Notes under the pieces: model-generated
What the model saw: only the letters and a program-made list of their open reading frames with translations
Told to the model about the DNA's origin: nothing
Databases searched by the model: none
NCBI GenBank assembly: GCA_937879875.1
Contig: CALFMN010000021.1
Span: forward strand, 65,249-129,248
Length of the DNA: 64,000 nt
Source of the DNA: an uncultured Chloroflexota bacterium
GTDB lineage: Bacteria; Chloroflexota; Dehalococcoidia; CAUJGQ01
Reading direction: 5' to 3'
Shown here: positions 9,393 through 18,444 of the stretch, in pieces
Position numbering within the stretch: the stretch's first letter is position 1
Layout: the number at the start of each line of letters is the position of its first letter
Translations under genes and position numbers: made by a program

Positions 9393-9572
9393 TCAGCGGC
9401 CGAGCTGCGCCAGGTCTGTGCTCTCCACCGTCGCGATCAGGTCGTACGGCCCGCTTACCACGGCGACCGACGTCACCTGTGAGCCGTCCAGCTCGATCTC
9501 GGGCAGCGCGTCACGCAGCTCTTCCACCCGCGTTTGGTCGGCTTCGATCAGGACAAAGGCCCGCACACTCAT
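9393..9572 (-). CDS. Mini-protein resembling the C-terminal ligand-binding (RAM) domain of Lrp/AsnC regulators, truncated
   Basis: MSVRAFVLIEADQTRVEELRDALPEIELDGSQVTSVAVVSGPYDLIATVESTDLAQLGR fits the RAM-domain pattern (AFVLI..k.g...ev.eal...pEV.ev..vsG.yDlla.v). It lacks any HTH and ends early. Confidence 0.4.
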   Translation of the reverse strand: MSVRAFVLIEADQTRVEELRDALPEIELDGSQVTSVAVVSGPYDLIATVESTDLAQLGR

Positions 9573-9749
9573 CTCGCTCGCTCCTCGGCCGCGCAGCATG
9601 ACGGCCGCTGACCCGGCTGCCGATCTGCGCTGCTCACCAATTCGCACGCATGAACCCGGCCTCGCGTTACACCACCCGGCCAGCTGCCGCGGCTGCGTGC
9701 TGCCGATCCTGCTCGCCGGCGGCCCCGCACGGGGGCCAGGCCGCTAGCC

Positions 9750-10532
9750 TCACTTGAACTGGCGCGGCATGGCGCCCGTCGCCAGCACCTGCTGCCAGCG
9801 GCAGGCCAGCAGCTCCCACGCCGCCGCCAGCGGGAAGAGACGTCGCGTCAGCAGCATGTCCTCGTCCAGCGCCAGCGGGTGCCAGAAGACGCCGTCCTGG
9901 CTCACGGTCAGCTCCGGCTCCAGATCCGCGGCCGAAAGCTCCAGCCCTTCGGTCGAGAAGCCGCGCTTCGCCAGCGGCCGCACGAAATGTCGCTCCGGCG
10001 GAATGCCGAGCGAAGCGACGAAGTCGCGCAGGCCGTCGATGCGGCCGCTGTTCACCGGCGTCTCGGTGCTGCCGATCACAACCGTGAAACCCAGCGTCTG
10101 CAAGGCGCCGATGCCGACGACGGTCTTCTCCCACGATCCGGCGCCGCGGTAGGCGTCGTGCGTCGTCGCCTCCGCGCCGTCCAGGCTCACCTGCACCGTC
10201 ACCTCGCGCGAGATCTGCTTCAGCGTCTCCAACCGACGACCGTGGTAGAGCATCGCGTTGGAGAGCACCGTTGTTTGCAGGCGGGCTGCGGCGTAATTGA
10301 GCCTATCGGCGAGGTCGGGCAGCAAGAACGGCTCGCCGCCGGTCAGGAAGACCTCGCGTACGTCCGTTGCGGCGGCCTCGTCGATCAGCCGGCGGAAGAC
10401 GTGCAGCGCCAGGCCGCGCCGTTCGGCACGCGGGCTGGACCTGGCGACGCAGTAGCTGCACTGCAAATTGCAGTCGAAGTTGGTGTAAATCCACAGCCGC
10501 CGCGCCGGTGTAACCGTTGTGGAGACGATCAT
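9750..10532 (-). CDS. Radical SAM protein (no SPASM/twitch domain), function unknown
   Basis: CNLQCSYC (CxxxCxxC) cluster motif at residues about 20-27. FLTGGEPFL glycine-rich SAM motif. C-terminal half lacks cysteines. ATG at 10532. Confidence 0.8.
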   Translation of the reverse strand: MIVSTTVTPARRLWIYTNFDCNLQCSYCVARSSPRAERRGLALHVFRRLIDEAAATDVREVFLTGGEPFLLPDLADRLNYAAARLQTTVLSNAMLYHGRRLETLKQISREVTVQVSLDGAEATTHDAYRGAGSWEKTVVGIGALQTLGFTVVIGSTETPVNSGRIDGLRDFVASLGIPPERHFVRPLAKRGFSTEGLELSAADLEPELTVSQDGVFWHPLALDEDMLLTRRLFPLAAAWELLACRWQQVLATGAMPRQFK

Positions 10533-10729
10533 CGATCCGTCCGCTGCCGCGGCGTTGGAGCGCCGCAAGGCCGGGTCTGGTTCAGCTTGTGCGCATGTCC
10601 CGGCACCAAACACTGTGAAATAGTCTCGGGCAGGCGGCAATCACCCGCTATGAACTGGCTCACGCGGCGGCGCCGCTGCGTGATCGCTGACACGCGCCCG
10701 CACCGGCCGACGCGCTACGATGCCCCGTG

Positions 10730-11272
10730 ATGGAATGGCTGCAGGGGAGCGATCGGGGTGACCTGTGCGCCGCCGGCGTCTACGCGCTGGGCGCGGCGCT
10801 GTACTTCGTGCTCGTGCAACTGGCCGGGCTGACCTTTCAGGCGACGCCGCTGATCTTCGGCGGCACGCTGCTTGTGGCGAGCGTCTTCCGGCCGCGCGTG
10901 CTGGCGGCGGCGCTGCTGCTGCTCTGCTGGGGCGTCGCCGTGGCGCTGCTGAACGCCGGAGCCTTGCCTGAGGCGCGCACCGGCGCGGCCTACATGGTCG
11001 CCTTCGGCGTTGCGGCGGCCGTCATGATGCTGCTGCGCCGCTGGATCGCGCCGCCGGTGGCGTTGCAAAGCGCCGCGGCGGTGCTGCTGGCGGGCGGGCT
11101 GGCGCTGTACGGCGCCTTCGACGTGGATGCGCTGGGGCGCGGCTGGTTGTGGACGCTGGTCGTGCTCGCGGACGCGGCGTGCCTGGCGGCAGCCTCCCTG
11201 TATCGGTCGCGGCGACGGCGAACGTCCGTAGCTGCCGGTCCGCAGACGCAGAAGCCCGCGGCAGCTCCGTGA
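10730..11272 (+). CDS. Hypothetical polytopic membrane protein
   Basis: Four or five hydrophobic helices. Basic C-terminal tail. Divergent from the radical-SAM gene. Confidence 0.45.
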   Translation: MEWLQGSDRGDLCAAGVYALGAALYFVLVQLAGLTFQATPLIFGGTLLVASVFRPRVLAAALLLLCWGVAVALLNAGALPEARTGAAYMVAFGVAAAVMMLLRRWIAPPVALQSAAAVLLAGGLALYGAFDVDALGRGWLWTLVVLADAACLAAASLYRSRRRRTSVAAGPQTQKPAAAP

Positions 11273-11304
11273 GAGCGTGCCGCGGGCCGTTGCGGGGCGC
11301 CGTG

Positions 11305-11658
11305 TTACTGTCCGGCCTTGACCAGACCGATCGTGTTACCGTCCGGGTCAGCGAACATCGCGAACGTGACCGTGCCTGGAATCTCGGTGACGGGCGTCAG
11401 CACCTTGCCGCCCATGCCGGACACCTTATCGAGCGTTGCCTGCGGGTCGGCAACTTCGACATAGAAGACCGCCTGTGGCTGGCCGCCCGCCTCGGAGCCG
11501 CCGATGCCCCCGTTGATGCCCTGGCCGCCATTGTCCACCATGCCGTAGTTCATCGGGTTGTTCGCATCGACCTTCCAGCCGAAGAGGGTGGAGTAGAACT
11601 GCTGCGTCTTCGCCGCGTCCTTGCCGATGATCTCGAAGTGTACGACCGGGTTCGCCAT
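11305..11658 (-). CDS. VOC (glyoxalase/bleomycin-resistance/dioxygenase) family protein
   Basis: MANPVVHFEIIG...FGW...FADPDGNTIGLV pattern of a small VOC protein. ATG at 11658. Confidence 0.8.
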   Translation of the reverse strand: MANPVVHFEIIGKDAAKTQQFYSTLFGWKVDANNPMNYGMVDNGGQGINGGIGGSEAGGQPQAVFYVEVADPQATLDKVSGMGGKVLTPVTEIPGTVTFAMFADPDGNTIGLVKAGQ

Positions 11659-11757
11659 CTCAGTGTCTCCTCTTCGCGTTGTGTGCCCCGGCGCCATCCG
11701 CGGGCGCCGGAGGAATACGCACGATGTCGATGGGTGGGCTGACCGCGGCGATCGCCG

Positions 11758-12234
11758 CTAGGCGGGGGCGAGGATATTCGTCAGGTGACCTTTGACGTGG
11801 CCGATCACCAGCATGTCGACGAGCTGGCCGGCGCCGACCGGAGCTTCGCCGAGGGGCGGGAACTGCGCCGTGCGAGCGAGCTGGTCGTCGCTGAAGGCGC
11901 GCAACTGCCCGAGCACGCCGGCTTTGCTGCTGCGCAGCAGATCAAGCGTCTCGGCCTTCGTGCAGTTGGCGAACTGCAGCGCGTGCTGCGCGTTGCCGGC
12001 ATTGATCATCTCGAAGGTAATCGGCGGCAGCGGCTGTGCGGTGGCGATGGCCTGGACCAATTCGAAGGTTGGCTGCACGCTGCTGGCGATGTGGTGCGCG
12101 GTGACGCCCACACTCCAGCTATCCGTTGGGTTCAGCGCGCCCCAGCGCGTGTCCGAACAAGCCGCGATCGCCGCGACCGCCTCGTCGATAGCCGCTTCCA
12201 GTTGACCCGCGAGCGCCTCCGCCTGAGTGCCCAT
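11758..12234 (-). CDS. DinB-like / maleylpyruvate-isomerase N-terminal-domain-like protein
   Basis: 158 aa from ATG at 12234. His-containing motif TAHHIASS and a four-helix-bundle-like composition. Family call is tentative. Confidence 0.5.
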   Translation of the reverse strand: MGTQAEALAGQLEAAIDEAVAAIAACSDTRWGALNPTDSWSVGVTAHHIASSVQPTFELVQAIATAQPLPPITFEMINAGNAQHALQFANCTKAETLDLLRSSKAGVLGQLRAFSDDQLARTAQFPPLGEAPVGAGQLVDMLVIGHVKGHLTNILAPA

Positions 12235-12385
12235 AGCCACGTCTCCTCCTCCGTCCCGCCGGCTGCATCGCCGGGCGAGGCCCACAATTTCACGTCGAAT
12301 CCAAAGCACCAGGACACCGCCGGGCATCTGTCGCTGGCTGACCTCCTTACATGACATGCGCCGCAGGCCGGCACCGCGCGGCGCG

Positions 12386-12850
12386 TTACGTCGATGCTTC
12401 GCCGGCCGCCCAGGGATCGGGGCCGGGATCGGCGCCCGCGGCGGCAAGGGCCAGGCGCGGCAGGTAGTGCTCCCAGCCCACGCTGTGGGCCTCACGCTGC
12501 GCGGCATCGAGGCCGCTGTGGCGCAGCCGCAGCAGCGTGCCGTCGCCGTCCGGCTCGAACGTCACCTCGACCGTGCTCGACCCCGGCGGCACGGCCTGAC
12601 CTTCGCCCTCCCAACCCCAGGTGAAGACGATGCGGCGTGGCGGCTCGACGGCGACGTACTCGCCGCGGGCGACGTCGCCGCCAGTCACGTTGACGCGGTA
12701 GATGCCGCCGGGGCGCGGATCGAGCTCGGCCTCGACGCCTTTCCAGCGGCGCAACTTCTCCGGATCGGTGAAGTAGCTGAAGACAATCTCTGGTCTGGCC
12801 GCGATACGCAACTCGCGTTCAACCGCGGCGTCGATACCGGGCAAGGTCAT
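12386..12850 (-). CDS. SRPBCC family protein (AHSA1/activator-of-Hsp90-ATPase-like)
   Basis: ...EIVFSYFTDPEKLRRW...RIVFTWGWEG...STVEVTFEP.GDGTLLRLRHSG...GWEHYL typical of the AHSA1 domain. Sits beside an ArsR gene, the usual partner. Confidence 0.8.
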   Translation of the reverse strand: MTLPGIDAAVERELRIAARPEIVFSYFTDPEKLRRWKGVEAELDPRPGGIYRVNVTGGDVARGEYVAVEPPRRIVFTWGWEGEGQAVPPGSSTVEVTFEPDGDGTLLRLRHSGLDAAQREAHSVGWEHYLPRLALAAAGADPGPDPWAAGEAST

Positions 12851-12926
12851 GGCTTTGCCCTCCGTTGCTCGCTCCGCGTTGTGACCTTATAACAGATCAT
12901 ATGTTCTGTGATCGCCGCTCCGCCTG

Positions 12927-13235
12927 TCAAGTCCCCTTTTGCTCTGCTTCCGCAACCGCGGCCAGCCGGCTCAGGGAGTCTGCCCAAAACTGATCGAGGA
13001 AGGACTTCAGCTCCGCCAGACCCTCGGGCCGGGCACGGTAGAGGCGCCGCGTCCCCAGCTTGCGCATGACGACCAGCTCGGCCTCTTCGAGCACGCGCAG
13101 GTGCTGCGAAACGGCCGGGCCGGTGATCGAGAAGTGCGCCGCGATCGCGCCGGAAGCCAATTCCTCATGCAAGACCAGCCGCAGGATCTCGCGCCGCCGC
13201 GGCTCGGCGATCGCACGCAGCGCTGTATCAATCAT
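12927..13235 (-). CDS. ArsR/SmtB family transcriptional regulator
   Basis: LRAIAEPRRREILRLV...AHFSITGPAVSQHLRVLEEAELV. ATG at 13235. Confidence 0.85.
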   Translation of the reverse strand: MIDTALRAIAEPRRREILRLVLHEELASGAIAAHFSITGPAVSQHLRVLEEAELVVMRKLGTRRLYRARPEGLAELKSFLDQFWADSLSRLAAVAEAEQKGT

Positions 13236-13413
13236 GCCACTATTGTAGCGACAGCTTTTGGAAGTAGTGCGTACAATATTATGCAATTACACTTACTGCT
13301 GCTGGGGCAGGCCCGCGGCGCGGCAGTTGGGCGAGCCGCCGCTGACCCGGCGATTGCAGGCCGCCGCGGCTCCGCATACGGTGGCAGCAGCCAAATCAGC
13401 AAAGGACCAGCGG

Positions 13414-14193
13414 ATGCCCGACGATGCTCAGCCCGCCGAGGGCGATGCGTTGCGCCACGCCCTGACGCTGGACCGCTATCCCCGTTCCGCCGCCTATGAC
13501 CCGCGCTGGGTGATCGAGCACATGATGGGGCCGAACGTGCTGTGGCTCACGGAGGCGCTGACCGAGGCGCTGCCGTTGGCGCCGGGCATGCGCGTGCTCG
13601 ACCTGGGCTGCGGCAGGGCGCTTTCGTCCATCTTCCTCGCCCGCGAGTTCGGCGTGCAGGTCTGGGCGGCGGACCCCTGGATCAAGCCGTCCGAGAACTG
13701 GACCCGCGTGCGCGAGGCCGGTCTGGAAGAGCGCATCTTTCCGATCTCCGCCGAGGCGCACCGGCTGCCGTTCGCGGAGGGCTTCTTCGACGCGATCCTC
13801 AGCATGGACGCCTACCATTACTTCGGCACCGACGATCTGTACCTGCCATACTGCGCCCGCTTTCTCAAAGACGGCGGCCGCATCGGCATCGCCGTGCCGG
13901 GCATACGCGCGGAGCAGCAGCGCTTGCCACCGCCGCAGCTCGCGCCGTACTGGGACGCGGACTTTTGCTCGTTCCACAGCCCCGCGTGGTGGCGCCGGCA
14001 CTGGGAGAAGAGCCTCGCGGTCACGGTCGAACATGCCGGCTGGCTGCCGCACGGCTGGGCGGACTGGTTGGCCTGGAATCGCGTCTGCGCCCTCGCGGGC
14101 CGCGGCTCCGAGCCGGAGCGCGCCCTGCTTGAGGCCGACGGCGGCGAACTGCTCGGCTTCAGCCGCGTGGTGGCGCGGCGGCAGCCTGCATAG
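13414..14193 (+). CDS. Class I SAM-dependent methyltransferase
   Basis: VLDLGCGRA SAM-binding motif I, then ...FDAILSMDAYHY... ATG at 13414. Confidence 0.75.
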   Translation: MPDDAQPAEGDALRHALTLDRYPRSAAYDPRWVIEHMMGPNVLWLTEALTEALPLAPGMRVLDLGCGRALSSIFLAREFGVQVWAADPWIKPSENWTRVREAGLEERIFPISAEAHRLPFAEGFFDAILSMDAYHYFGTDDLYLPYCARFLKDGGRIGIAVPGIRAEQQRLPPPQLAPYWDADFCSFHSPAWWRRHWEKSLAVTVEHAGWLPHGWADWLAWNRVCALAGRGSEPERALLEADGGELLGFSRVVARRQPA

Positions 14194-14225
14194 CCGCCTC
14201 ACGCCGCCGACGCGGGCGCGTTGCC

Positions 14226-15791
14226 TCAACCGCGGCGCAGCGCCCGGCCCGGCAAGGCGCCGGTATGCTCGCCGCCATCCACGACGATCTGGCCGTTGAC
14301 GATCACCTGCTCGATGCCGATCGGGAACTGCTTCGGCTGCTCGATCGTGGCGGGCGATCGCACCGTGGCCGGGTCGAAGACGACCACATCTGCCTTGAAC
14401 CCGTCTTTCAGCAGGCCGCGGTCGCGCAGTCCCAGCGTCTGCGCCGGCAGCGAGGTCAGCTTGCGAATGCAGTCCGCCATGCCGAGAATGCCCTCTTCGC
14501 GCACCAGATCGCCCAGCATCGTCGGCGCGGCGCCGTAGGTGCGCGGGCTGACTTTGTCGCCGACCAGCAGCGCGTCGCTGCCGAGCATCGTGCTCGGATG
14601 CTCCAGAAACTTGCGCACGTTCACGGGGTTGCCAAACGTGCCGATCTGCACCAGGTTCAGGTCTTCATCGAGCAAGAGATCGCAGAGCGTGTCGATCAGG
14701 CTCTTGCCCAGCGTCTCCGCGATCTGCGGCAGGCTCCAGCCCTCGAAACGGCGGTACTGCGGCCGGCTGAAGTTGGCGGTGAGGTAGCTGTCGAGCCGCA
14801 GCCGCTGGAAGTTGGGGTCGGCCGCCATCTTCCGGCGCACGGCCTCGTCGCTGATCCGCTCCAGCAGCTTCGGCACGCCGCCGTCGTGCGTCCACTCGGG
14901 CAGCAGACTGACGAGGCGTGTGCTCGAATAGACGTAGGGATACACGTCGGCCGTCACCTGCTGGCCGCGAGCGGCGCGCGCGTCCACCAGTTCCAGCAGC
15001 TTGCGCCAGGCGCCGGGGAACGGCCAACCCGAGTTGAAGTGCGAGATGTGTACGGGAATGCCGCTGCGTGCGCCGATCTCCAGCGCCTCGGTGATCGGAT
15101 CGACGTGGCGGTCGCCCATGCCGAAGCGCACGTGGGTGACGTAGAGGCCGCCGAGCGCGTCCGCCTCTTTCGACAGCTCAACCAGCTCCTCGGTGCCGGC
15201 GTAGCTGCCGGGCGGGTAGGTGAGACCCGTCGAGATGCCGAAGGCGCCCTCTTCCATGCCCTGCCGGATCAGCGTGCGCTGCGTCTGCAGCTCGGCGCCG
15301 GTCGGCGCGCGGTCGTCCCAGCCCATCGCCGAGATGCGAATCGGCGAGTTGCCCATCACGTAGCAGACGTTGACCGCGACCTTGCCGTCGAAGTGTTCGA
15401 GATACTCGCCCACCGAACGGGAGCGCAGGCCGTCGGGCGGCCGGCCGTCCAGCCCGGCGTTGAGCGTGATGAAGTGCTGCAGATCCTCGCCCTTAAGGAT
15501 CGGCGCGTAGGAGTTGCCGTCCACGCCGATCAGCTCGGTGGTAATGCCCTGCCGCACTTTGGGCTCGTGGCGGGGCTCGCTGAGGATCACGTTGCCGCTG
15601 TGCGCGTGCATGTCGATGAAGCCGGGGCAGACGATGCGGCCGCGCGCGTCGATCGTGCGCTGCGCCGCGACGCGCGCGGTGTCGCCGCGCAGGAGGCGCA
15701 GCGCGTCGCCCGCGATCGCCACGTCGGCGCGCAGCCAGGGATTGCCGCTGCCGTCGTAGACCTGGCCGTTGCGGATCAGCACGTCGTACAT
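14226..15791 (-). CDS. N-acyl-D-amino-acid deacylase (D-aminoacylase) family amidohydrolase
   Basis: MYDVLIRNGQVYDGSG...ADVAI.GD.I..G....A...IDA.G..V.PGFIDMHAHS matches the D-aminoacylase N-terminus. ATG at 15791. Confidence 0.85.
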   Translation of the reverse strand: MYDVLIRNGQVYDGSGNPWLRADVAIAGDALRLLRGDTARVAAQRTIDARGRIVCPGFIDMHAHSGNVILSEPRHEPKVRQGITTELIGVDGNSYAPILKGEDLQHFITLNAGLDGRPPDGLRSRSVGEYLEHFDGKVAVNVCYVMGNSPIRISAMGWDDRAPTGAELQTQRTLIRQGMEEGAFGISTGLTYPPGSYAGTEELVELSKEADALGGLYVTHVRFGMGDRHVDPITEALEIGARSGIPVHISHFNSGWPFPGAWRKLLELVDARAARGQQVTADVYPYVYSSTRLVSLLPEWTHDGGVPKLLERISDEAVRRKMAADPNFQRLRLDSYLTANFSRPQYRRFEGWSLPQIAETLGKSLIDTLCDLLLDEDLNLVQIGTFGNPVNVRKFLEHPSTMLGSDALLVGDKVSPRTYGAAPTMLGDLVREEGILGMADCIRKLTSLPAQTLGLRDRGLLKDGFKADVVVFDPATVRSPATIEQPKQFPIGIEQVIVNGQIVVDGGEHTGALPGRALRRG

Positions 15792-15980
15792 CGCGAGCCC
15801 CCTCTGTCCCTGCATGGAATCTGCAGGAAAGTCCGGCAGCCGACCCGTGAGCGCCGTCCCCGCGGCATTCACGGCCTGCCTGAATCGGCTGTGGCCACGC
15901 TACCATGGCAGAGCCTGGCAGGAACGCAGCCCGCCATTACAGGGTAACGCGGCACCGGCAGAGCACCGAGGAGGCCGTCC

Positions 15981-16573
15981 ATGACGAGCGCCGTCGAGCA
16001 TCTGCTGGCGAGGGATGAGGCGCTGCGGGCGTGGGCGCGGGCCGTGATTCCCGGCGGCATGCAGGGCCACGGGAGCCACTGGGCGTGCTGCCGGACCTCG
16101 CCACCTATTCGAAGGCGATCGCCAACGGCTATCCGCTGGCAGCCGTGGCCGGTTCCGACCGGCTGCGCGAGGAGACGGCCGGCGTCTACGCTACCGGATC
16201 GTTCTGGTATGGCGCCGTGCCGATGGCCGCCGCGATCGCCACGATCGCGACGCTGCGCGACGAGCAGGGCATCGCCACGATGCAGCGCATGGGCACGCTG
16301 CTGCGCGATGGTCTCGCCAGACAGGCCGAGAGCCACGGGCTGATGATTCACCAGACCGGACCCGTGCAGATGCCGTTCCTCACCTTCGCCCGCGACCAGG
16401 CGTTCGAGCGGGCGAACGTCTTCACCGGCGAGGCGGCGCAGCGCGGCGTCTACCTGCACCCCTGGCACGACTGGTTTTTAAGCGCGGCGCATACGGAAGA
16501 CGACATCGGCCAGGCGTTGGAACGCACGGACGAGGCATTCGCGGTCGTGCGGCGCAAGTTCGGCGCGGAATAG
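15981..16573 (+). pseudogene. Remnant of a class-III (GSA-aminomutase-like) aminotransferase: N-terminal 30 aa fused out of frame to the C-terminal 175 aa (large internal deletion)
   Basis: Frame 1 reads MTSAVEHLLARDEALRAWARAVIPGGMQG (typical class-III N-terminus). A +1 frame then continues ...GVLPDLATYSKAIANGYPLAAVAG...FTGEAAQRGVYLHP (C-terminal domain). About 230 aa of PLP-binding core are missing. Confidence 0.55.
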
Positions 16574-16721
16574 CGCGATTCCGACAACCGGCGCTCGCTG
16601 CTCCACGGTATTCTTGGAGAGGCCGGACCCCGCGCGGTCGGCCTGGATCGCGTCGGGGAAACCGCCGGCAGCTCGCGCTGCGGGCGCATGAGAAACCGCC
16701 GCGGCGGAGAAGGAGCGGACG

Positions 16722-17459
16722 ATGGGCAGACTGGAGGGCAAGGTCGCCCTGATCACCGGCGGGGCGCGCGGGCAGGGCGCGGCCGAAGGCCGGTTGTTCG
16801 CGGCGGAGGGCGCGGGGGTAGTGCTTACCGACGTGCTGGACGCGGAGGGCGAGGCCACGGCGAAAGCCTGCGGCGGCGTCTACCTGCATCACGACGTCAC
16901 CAGCGCCGAGCAGTGGGCACGGGTGGTCGCGGCCGTGCTCGATCGCCACGGCCGGCTCGACATCCTGATCAACAACGCCGGCATCTGGCTGACGGGCCGG
17001 CTAACCGATACGTCCGAGGCCGACTACCGCCGCGTGATCGACGTGAACCAGATCGGCGTCTTCCTCGGCATGCAGGCCGTGGCGAAGCCAATGATTGCCG
17101 CGCATGCGGGCGCGATCGTGAACATCTCGTCGATCGCCGGCATGCGCGGCGCGGCGGCGGGCTTCGCCTACGGGGCGAGCAAATGGGCCGTGCGCGGCAT
17201 GACCAAGTCGGCGGCGCGCGAGCTTGGGCCGCACGGCATTCGCGTCAACTCGATCCACCCCGGTTTGATCGAAACCGCGATGCTGCACCAATTGCCGGGC
17301 ATCGACGCCGGCGGGCTGGAAGATCGCCTGCGCGCCATTCCGCTGGGCCGCGTGGGCGAAGCGGAGGACGTGGCGAAGCTGGCGCTGTTCCTCGCGTCGG
17401 ACGACAGCGCCTACGCCAGCGGCCACGAGTTCATCATCGACGGCGCCCTGACCGCGTAG
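16722..17459 (+). CDS. SDR family oxidoreductase
   Basis: ALITGGARGQG Rossmann motif. NNAG. Catalytic S..Y..SK (YGASK). Confidence 0.85.
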   Translation: MGRLEGKVALITGGARGQGAAEGRLFAAEGAGVVLTDVLDAEGEATAKACGGVYLHHDVTSAEQWARVVAAVLDRHGRLDILINNAGIWLTGRLTDTSEADYRRVIDVNQIGVFLGMQAVAKPMIAAHAGAIVNISSIAGMRGAAAGFAYGASKWAVRGMTKSAARELGPHGIRVNSIHPGLIETAMLHQLPGIDAGGLEDRLRAIPLGRVGEAEDVAKLALFLASDDSAYASGHEFIIDGALTA

Positions 17460-17471
17460 CGGAGGCGTTCG

Positions 17472-17525
17472 GCCCGCCCCAGGATCGTCTCCTTCGCCCA
17501 GGATTGGGCGAAGCAACGGTCTTGA
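17472..17525. repeat. Family-2 repeat, solo right arm (caggatcgtctccttcgcccaggattgggcgaag...)
   Basis: Matches the right arm of the 57950-58125 copy. Confidence 0.6.
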
Positions 17526-17718
17526 TGGTGCCGGTGCGGGGCAGCGTGTGGGGAGCGCAGCCCATGGGGCACCGCCATGCCCGCCGGTGGCCGGCGCTGC
17601 GGCGCTGGTCAGGGACGGCGCGGGGACAGCGGCGGCGGGGGCGGGAGCGCTCCGCGTTGCGGGCGCGGCCCGGCGCCGGCGTGTCCCGAATCAACCGGCC
17701 AATCGCCGTGGTCAGCTA

Positions 17719-18257
17719 TTTGAGCTGGCGGACATATTCGGCGACGGCAGCGGCGAGACTTGCGGCGACCAGGCCGTCGGCGAAGGGCTGGCGGCGGCGT
17801 TCGGCCCCCAGCTATTCCTGGACCTGGCGCCGGCGCGTGACCAACGCGGCCAACTCACGCAGCGGCCTGGTGGGCAGCGGCCGGGGCACCAGCGTCGTGG
17901 TGGCGGCGAAGGGGCGAGCACGCGGGCATCGCCGCGGTCGGTCTTGCAGAGAATCCCCTGGCTTCTGGCGAAGGCGCGGGCCTGGCGGGGATTGACGACC
18001 AGCACCGGCAGAGCCGCTGCCTGCAGCGCCAGGGCACAGGCGGCCTCATAGGCACCCACCGCCTCCAACACGATGAGGCGCGGCCGCTGTGTGGCGAGCT
18101 GCGCGACGAGGGCGGCGATGCCGTCGGCGTCGTTGGCCAGGCGCTGCGGCGTGCCTTGCCGATGGACGGCGAGGTCGAGCTGCGCCTTGCTCACGTCGAT
18201 GCCCACAGCACAGGCAGCGGTAGCGGGCGCAGGGCCGGAGGTGGGTGTGCTGGTCAT
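17719..18257 (-). mobile_element. IS110-family transposase remnant (N-terminal DEDD domain; frameshifted, internal stop, C-terminal Transposase_20 domain missing)
   Basis: CAVGIDVSKAQLDLAV...LIVLEAVGAYEAACALALQAAALPVLVVNPRQARAFARSQGILCKTDRGDARVLA is the classic IS110 N-terminus. A -1 frame continues PRPLPTRPLRELAALVTRRRQVQE* and then ERRRQPFADGLVAASL...; similarity ends at about 17719. Confidence 0.7.
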
Positions 18258-18444
18258 CGCTGGGCCTCCTGTGCCCCGACCTTGTCGATGCGGGCTCGTG
18301 GATCCGGGCAACGGTCCGGGGTTGCTGAGGAGTCAGGGGCGCCGCCCAGGCTCATCCACGGGCTGGCGGCACCGAGGGCCGAACGGGCTGACGCGCCTGC
18401 CAGCTCCCACCCTGCGGGATGAGCAAGATACAGGGGCCGAACGG

